A stretch of 64,000 nt of DNA, taken from contig OZ024745.1 of assembly GCA_964016885.1 (NCBI GenBank), forward strand, positions 83,700,001 to 83,764,000, written 5' to 3'. The number at the start of each line of letters is the position of its first letter. Position 1 is the stretch's first letter. The notes beneath the pieces were generated by a model that saw nothing but the letters and a program-made list of their open reading frames with translations, made no database searches and was not told the DNA's origin. The translations under genes and the position numbers were made by a program. Origin of the DNA: Eledone cirrhosa. Lineage: Eukaryota. Positions 57,120 to 64,000 of this stretch are shown in pieces.

Positions 57120-57515
57120 TATATATAAGGATGAGTGTTTTGTATATCTAGCGATATACGGTATGTGTATAAAAAGGGTGGGTAAATCTCAGCGACAAAC
57201 ATCGTTTCTGACTTTGGTTGTTATCAAGATGTTCGCTCTAACAGAGCTGTATACATATAAGCATGATTATTTTGTATATCTAGCGATATACGGTATGGTT
57301 GTAAGTAAACATTTCCAAAGCATTCAGCTATGAATTTGTAAATTGATGATGTAGCGTCGGCTAGCGGGTTCCAGTAAAAGCAAAGGTTGCAACGTCATCA
57401 GTTTCCAAATCATTGCTAAAAGGTTTCAAAATGTTTGTTTATAAAGATACCGCATATTGCTAGATATACAAAGTACTCATACTTATATATATACAGATCT
57501 GTTAGAGCGAACACC
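57120..57515. repeat. Direct plus inverted repeat cassette of pLTR type
   Basis: ttttgtatatctagcgatatacggtatg occurs at 57137 and 57270, with an inverted copy at ~57445-57513. Related to the arm ends of the 59692 element. Confidence 0.65.
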
Positions 57516-57601
57516 ATTATATATATATATATATAAATATATGTGGGGGGGGGGGGCTGCGTGCGTGTTGTGTGAATGTGTGTGTGTGTGTGTGTGTATA
57601 A

Positions 57602-57800
57602 AGTCTAAAGTCTCTCTTAAGCCAGAATGTTTGGCCGGTGCTTATCCCGGTTTCATGGCGTAAAGCGACTGAGCGTACAAAACTCACCCCTGGACAGGAC
57701 GCCAGTCCATTTCAGTGTTAAACCCCGAACTATTTCGGGCACTCATTTTAAGCTGAGTAAACTGGAGCAACGTAAAATGAAGTGTTTTGCTCAAGAACAT
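57602..57800 (-). mobile_element. 5'-truncated CORE-type SINE
   Basis: The minus strand reads ttcttgagcaaaacacttcattttacgttgctccagtttactcagc. Confidence 0.7.
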
Positions 57801-57900
57801 ATATATATATATATATGTTTATCCCGGGTTTAATGGAGGGTAACCACAGTAAGTAAGGCACTCAATACACAGGAGAGTATACATATTTAATATATATATA

Positions 57901-57971
<71 letters not shown>

Positions 57972-57974
<3 letters not shown>

Positions 57975-58131
57975 TGAAACCTTGATTAACGAACACCTCT
58001 CATCACGAACAAATATCTCACAGTATTTCTTTCTGAACATTTCGTTTGGGAAAATAGTTTCCATTTACGAACATTTCGGTAGACAAACTACCTTTAGGAA
58101 GGAATTAACTTCGTGAACCGAGGTTCCACCA
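57972..58131. mobile_element. pogo/Tigger-like MITE (Tc1/mariner superfamily)
   Basis: TA-CAGTGAAACCTTGATTAACGAA ... TTCGTGAACCGAGGTTCCAC: imperfect ~22-bp TIRs starting CAGT after TA. Confidence 0.65.
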
Positions 58132-58437
58132 TGTGTGTATCTCTGTGTGTTTATGTACATGTGTGTCAGGAATTCCAGCAGAAAATAAAAACATTAAGAC
58201 CAAAACTATAAGACTGTGTACTTTGTTTTCTTTATGGGAGTGACGTGTCTATGAGGTAGAAATAATGAAGAGAAAGTCATAGTTGAAACGGACAGTATGT
58301 TTGGTAAAATGATAAGGTAGAAATAGTGATACAAACAGACGAATATACACAACTAAATAATGATGCACACAGAACAGCAGCTTAAGGATATTCCTTAAAA
58401 TCTGTTGTCATACAATACGGTATTTGGATATGTTATC

Positions 58438-58631
58438 TATAATTGTTTCTACTTTTGGCACAAGGCCAGCAATTACCCAGTACATTACTGGTACTTTATT
58501 TTATCGACCCCGTAAGGATGAAAGGCAAAGTTAACCTCGGCGGGATTTGAACTCAGATCATAAAGGGCCGTAACTCTATGCGTCAAAGCATGGCGTCCGA
58601 CCCTCTACCGATACTGCCAATCCACCGCCCT
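58438..58631 (-). mobile_element. Full-length Meta-type SINE
   Basis: Reverse complement of the 12557 family; very similar to 33058-33249. Confidence 0.85.
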
Positions 58632-58639
58632 CTATATGT

Positions 58640-59160
58640 GTTATATATAATGATGTCGCCCGTGTAAAAAATGCGGAACAATACGTTATTGAATAGTAGT
58701 ACGAAATAGAAGTATCACTATATATAAATATAAGGTTTTGGGAGATTTGATACTTGAACATATATGGACTAAGGGATTTTATTGAAAAAGTATATGTTAT
58801 TATTATTTTGATACAAGAGATTTCTGGTACGAAGAGAAAGATCGTGTGGTATGTAACCAAGAGCAAGACCGCCTTGTGACTTGGAGGGAGCATTCTCACA
58901 AACTCCAATCAAGTAACAATCATTATGATCCAGATGTAGCGATTGAAGTCCATCAATGGATAAGTAGAGCAAAGCGCATGATGGGCCTGATCGCCTCACT
59001 GTAGACTTATGGAAACTACCCAAATCTCGCAAGTTTCTAAGACATTTCTGCTTCGAAATATTTAAATGTCACAAGCTTGATAAATGGGGAATTTCAGGAA
59101 TAGTGTCAATACCCAAGAAAGGCAACCTCAATATCTGCACCAATGATAGTGGTCTTCCTC
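58640..59160 (+). mobile_element. RTE-type LINE fragment, paralogous to 61555-61950
   Basis: Shared tttattgaaaaagtatatg...ggaatagtgtcaatacccaagaaaggcaacctc, encoding SGIVSIPKKGNL. Confidence 0.7.
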
Positions 59161-59691
59161 TGAGTAGATTACCCTAGATAGGCATCAAGAAAAATAAATA
59201 ATTGTGGTATATTCATAATATTATTGATAAAGGAGATTATTAATTTCAATAATTTTATATAGATTAAGCAATTAATCTATGGATATCGAATAGAAAACGA
59301 AATACTGCGATGACCTTTTTACACATTAATATTCATCACATAGGAATGGCGAATTTCAGACTCAAGGGAGTTTTGTATTGTTTCATCCGGGGTTTTATAT
59401 CTCAGAGTTCCATTAAATAAGGTAAGATATCACCTAGACCACTCTTGCATGTTATCTCTGTCTGTCCATATAAGTACTAGGGATTTTATTTAAATGTCTA
59501 TGGTACTTCCCTTCTCCAAAACCTCTAAACTTGTACTTATGTAAAAAAAAAAAACATCAAATCCTTTAAAATAGGTGATGGATGGGTAGAATCGATGGAG
59601 TTCCGGAGATAAAGCCTGTGGCATTTAGTTATGCATTTATTTAATATAATGTAAATTAGGATTGGTGCTCTGAAATAGCGATGTATACATG

Positions 59692-60151
59692 AATGTATGT
59701 ATAGTATATCTGGCGATATACTGTATGTTTAATTAAACACATCTTGAATACCTTGCGCTATTATTTTAAAGTAGTGTCTATGTCACTTACTTCTTTTTTC
59801 AACAAGGGAAGGGAGATAAGCTGACAGATCTGTTTCACACTGTTGGAGTTCATCAGAGCACCAATCCTAATTTTCAATGTTTGCTGGACCGGCAATCGCT
59901 CTGTATAATCAGTTCCTGATTATTACTGGAATTCTATAAGAATTTAGCCTCTATAATTTTCAACAAAGGTCGGCGAGTGCTAAGCTCTGATGAACACCAA
60001 CAGTGTGAAACAGATCTGTCAGCTTATCTCCCTTCCCTTGTTGAAAAAAGAAGTAAGTGACATAGTCACTACTTTAAAATAATAGCGCAAGGTCTTCAAA
60101 ATGTTTTTAATTAAACCTACAGTATATCGCCAGATATACTATACATACATT
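59692..60151. mobile_element. 460-bp fold-back (arms 59692-59859 / 59984-60151) with hammerheads at the inner arm ends
   Basis: The arms are reverse complements; see the HHR feature at 59981. Confidence 0.9.
59981..60026 (+). ncRNA. Canonical minimal type-I hammerhead ribozyme (mirror copy at 59817-59859, minus strand)
   Basis: TAAGCT-CTGATGA-ACAC caaca GTGT-GAAA-CAGATCTG-TC-AGCTTA, with a palindromic stem III and a GUC site at 60020. Confidence 0.9.
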
Positions 60152-60986
60152 AATATAATGCAATTTTGAACATTATCCTTGCTGGTTTCTAAACGCCAAA
60201 CCTCTAGGTCACTGCATTTCTGATTGGTAAATTTGGGAGCGAAAGAAAAACAATCTGTATTTTAGGATCTTAGTTTTAAAATCGCACATAAACACAGCAC
60301 ATGATCTTTTATTTCTTGGATCAGATGTTGGTGTGTAATTTATATTATGCAAATGAAAGAATGTGATGAATTAGTTTGTACGTTACATACAAAAACAATG
60401 ACATTGGAATACAGTATAAATGTAGCGAGATTAATGCATTTGCAATTTGCATTTTGGTTAAAGTTATTGTTGTGGTTTTGTTGATGTTGTGAATTGAGAT
60501 TATGCGTTTCAGAAGCTAGGATTGGTAAAAATCATATCTTATGAGAGATTAAGAAATTTTAATGGTGCAACCTATTCAATGTATTCTTTAAAATATGATT
60601 AGATCAGAAGTGACTTCATACTAAGTAATATTTTTTTATTTGTATGGTGTTGTATTATTTTTATTGTCACCTTTATCTTTAAACATATTTCTAGTTAGAG
60701 CTTATAATAACATGTAAGTTCGGCAAAACTGTGTTTATTAGCAAAGATGTTACATGTTGAAAGATATTTCTTGCTACATATTAATAAGCTCCTTAGGATG
60801 GTTTGAAAGTAAATATAGAAAGATTAAAGATTTATTTCATATCTTGAAATGGTAATATTGTGTACTAGAAATGTTAAAAGCAATATCCAAGATGTATGCT
60901 TTAGTAAGTTATATTTCCAAGGTAATACAAATTAGACCAAGGGAATGTTTTTCCGGAATCTTTACATTTGAGGCTATAGGGAAGTG

Positions 60987-61225
60987 GAGACGTGTAGCTT
61001 AGTGGTAAGGGTGTTGGACCTACGATCATAATATCGTGGGTTCGATTTCTGGACTGGGATGTGTGTTATGTTCTTGAGCAAAACACTTCATTTCACATTG
61101 CTCCAGTATACTCACCTGATAATGAGTACCGGTGATAGCGAGTACCATGTGATGGACTGGCATAACCATGGAAACCGGGATATGCTCCGAGCTCGAGACA
61201 CACTTTAGACTATGTAAAAGGAACA
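60987..61225 (+). mobile_element. tRNA-derived CORE-type SINE
   Basis: A box tagcttagtgg, B box ggttcgatttc, core ttcttgagcaaaacacttcatttcacattgctccag. Confidence 0.75.
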
Positions 61226-61554
61226 ATCTAATAACAACATTTTTTTTTTACCGAGTCGATAGTATCAATTTTTATATTAAATGATGTATTTGATAATTTT
61301 TGAATCCAGAGAGTATTATGGCAATCCACTATCATTTGCATACATCAGCCTTCATTTGCATACATCATCCGTCATTTGCATACATCAGCTATGATTTTCA
61401 TACATCCAAGTCATTAATGTTCCTGATTGATTTGGTGAAGTTAAGTCGAGTGTTAAAAATTTATCAATTTCTGTTATTGTTATGAGATATAGGTTTGAAG
61501 CCTTTTATACTTTCTTTAATTTTTTCCATTAAATTAAAAAGTGATGATTGCTCA

Positions 61555-62880
61555 AATTATTTTATTGAAAAAGTATATGTCATTATTATTTTGATAAAAG
61601 AAATTTCTGGTAAGAACAGAGATATCGTGGTATGTAACCAAGAGGAAGACCGTTTTGTGACTTGGAGGGAGCATTTTCACAAACTCCAACCAGATAACAA
61701 TCATTGTGAGCCAGATATAGCGATTGACCCAGTATTTGAAGTCCATCCATGGATAAGCAGAGCAAAGCGCAAGGGCCTGATCGCGTCACTATGGACTTAT
61801 GGAAACTACCTAAATCTCGGAAGTTTCTAACAGATTCCTGCTTCGAAATATTTGAATGTCACAAGCTTGATAAATGGAAAATTTCAGGAATAGTGTCAAT
61901 ACTCAAGAAAGGCAACCTCATCATCTGCATTGCATCAATGATAGTGGCACCAATCTTACGCAGGATGCTGCAAAGACTTATAATAGGATGATCCCGAATG
62001 GGATCAGACCATGTATAGACAACATTTACGTTCCATCCGAAATAGATTCTGGCTACGTCAAACATCTTGGCTCAACGAAGGATTGTCGTGGAGGTCGGAA
62101 TCTCAAAAACTGGGGTAGTAATTGTATTCATGCATTTCAAGAAGCCTCAGACATTTTCTCCATTGATATCAGAATCAACCAGGAGGATCCACTGGCTCCG
62201 TTCCTTTTTGTGATATGCCTTATAACCTGCCTAATGTTATTGCACCATCAGACGGGATCACGATGACATTTCAGCAAAATAGCCGATATCTGGATGAAGT
62301 TCAACGTGAATTGACTTACGCAGATGACATAGCTCTCCGGGAAAACACCAATAATCAGGCTGAGGATGTGCTACACAGAGTGGAGGCTGCAGTGCAATCC
62401 ATTGGACTTTTCTTTAATGCTTACACAACAAACTCTATGCATCTTAATGCAACACCAAACAACGAACAAATGCATGTGATAGCACGATGTGGACAGCAGT
62501 ACAGGGGATGCATGGGGACCAGTCTCAAATCCCTATCGAAAGTATAAGTATATCCGATCATGAAAACAACAAAAATAAGACTATTTAAAACAACGGTTGA
62601 GTTCATTATCCTCTACGTGATATTAAAAAAACACTCACAATAAGGATTAATTGTACATTCATTCGAACACTGAGAAGGATCAAGAGAATTTCCTGAAACT
62701 CAGACGTATCAAATAAATCGCTCTACGATTTACACCCTCATCTTTCTGATATCATAAGGTGTAGGTGGTTCGCATTTGACGGACATGTGTAACGTCACAG
62801 TGAACCAGTTAACAGATGAAGTCTTTTCTGGAAACCAGATGTATGGAAGCGAGTTGGAGGATCATCTGGGTGACATTAGT
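61555..62880 (+). mobile_element. Decayed RTE-clade LINE (RT region)
   Basis: Motifs WREHFHKL, KAQGPD, SGIVSILKKGNL, AAKTYNRMI, INQEDPLAPFLF, ELTYADDIAL, IGLFFNA, TKIRLFKTTVE and FDGHV. Confidence 0.8.
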
Positions 62881-62965
62881 CCATACTATTAAGTATATTT
62901 AAATTTGAATATTTATAGTTTTATTTATTTTGATTTTGTCTTACGTCTTCATAAACTAGCATTCT

Positions 62966-63072
<107 letters not shown>

Positions 63073-63339
63073 TACATACACATATATATAAATGCACGAG
63101 ACGTCAATTAGGAACAACACAAGAGAGATAACATTACAGTACCGTGATAATATATATATATTAGTTTTAAGCTCAATATGGTAAGAAAAATGCTTTCACT
63201 TTTAATTCTTAATCTATATGTATTCCATGGTCTGCCATATAAAATGTATGTGTGTGAGATAGAGAGATAAAGATTGAGAGAGGGAGAGAGAAGGGGAGAG
63301 AGTAGACCAAGTAATCGAAATAGAACAATCGAAAGAGTA

Positions 63340-63900
63340 TCTGGCATACTTCTCAAATGTGTACAGGAATTTACTTATCTGGGTAGTTAAGTCTCTAGCT
63401 GTAAAAACGATGTAAACAGATGCATTGGTGTGCCATCGACAAGTTATCTCTAGTGTAGAAAACTAGATTTCGAGACAACATGAAAAGGAACCTCTTTCAA
63501 GCAACTGTTACCTCTGCTCTATTGTATGGCTGCTCAGCATGGATCTTTATCTCAAAACTGGAAAGATGTTTGGATGGAGCCTACACTTGGATGCTAAGAG
63601 ATCGTCTGACCAATGAGTGACTGTGTGGGAATCTTAGTCTAGTATTAGATATCATCAAAGAGTTAGATTTGCAGGGAGTTGCTGGAGAGCTAAAGGCGAA
63701 ATTGTTAGTGAAGTTTTTTCTAGGAGCCTAAAAAAAGAAGACCTATCAGAGGACAACAAACCAAAATCTATACCAAGCAGATTTGTGACGACATAAACCG
63801 GAAGCCCTCTGACCTGTGAATATGATGAGCAATAGAATTGGATGGCGACAGAGAGTCAAAGGAAATCCGTTCAAGCAGTGCAGCCTATTGAAGGAACTGG
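63340..63900 (+). mobile_element. 3' fragment of another RTE-clade LINE
   Basis: Motifs VQEFTYLGS, DVNRCIG, LFQATVTSALLYGCSAW, LDGAYTWMLR and LRFAGSCWR. Confidence 0.75.
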
Positions 63901-63931
63901 GATCATTTTTTTAAATTACGCAAATATATAG

Positions 63932-63969
<38 letters not shown>

Positions 63970-64000
63970 GGGGGGGGGGGTATGAGTGTGTGTCTATGTG

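Overview
AT-rich, microsatellite-saturated animal genomic DNA with no prokaryotic features. The Meta-type and CORE-type tRNA-SINE families and the (TA)n/(CA)n/(CATA)n load suggest an octopod cephalopod (inference). There is no intact long host ORF; most entries in the ORF track are microsatellite or antisense artefacts. The window is a retrotransposon graveyard. It holds at least six Penelope-like element (PLE) remnants (Neptune-like, Naiad-like and unassigned), a decayed R4/Dong-like RT+RLE LINE with several stacked 3' ends on (CATA)n arrays, ~600-bp non-autonomous RTE derivatives, RTE relics, SINEs, a pogo-like MITE and a ~2-kb near-identical duplication. The most striking signal is about a dozen loci with type-I hammerhead ribozyme (HHR) motifs. 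Seven of them are fold-back inserts (137 bp to 1.7 kb) that always carry the ribozyme on the minus strand in the left arm and on the plus strand in the right arm, mostly next to (TA)n. Three different families carry the compensatory U3-A8 core variant. A few minus-strand micro-exon candidates hint at a host gene spanning the window. All alignments and folds were done by eye.
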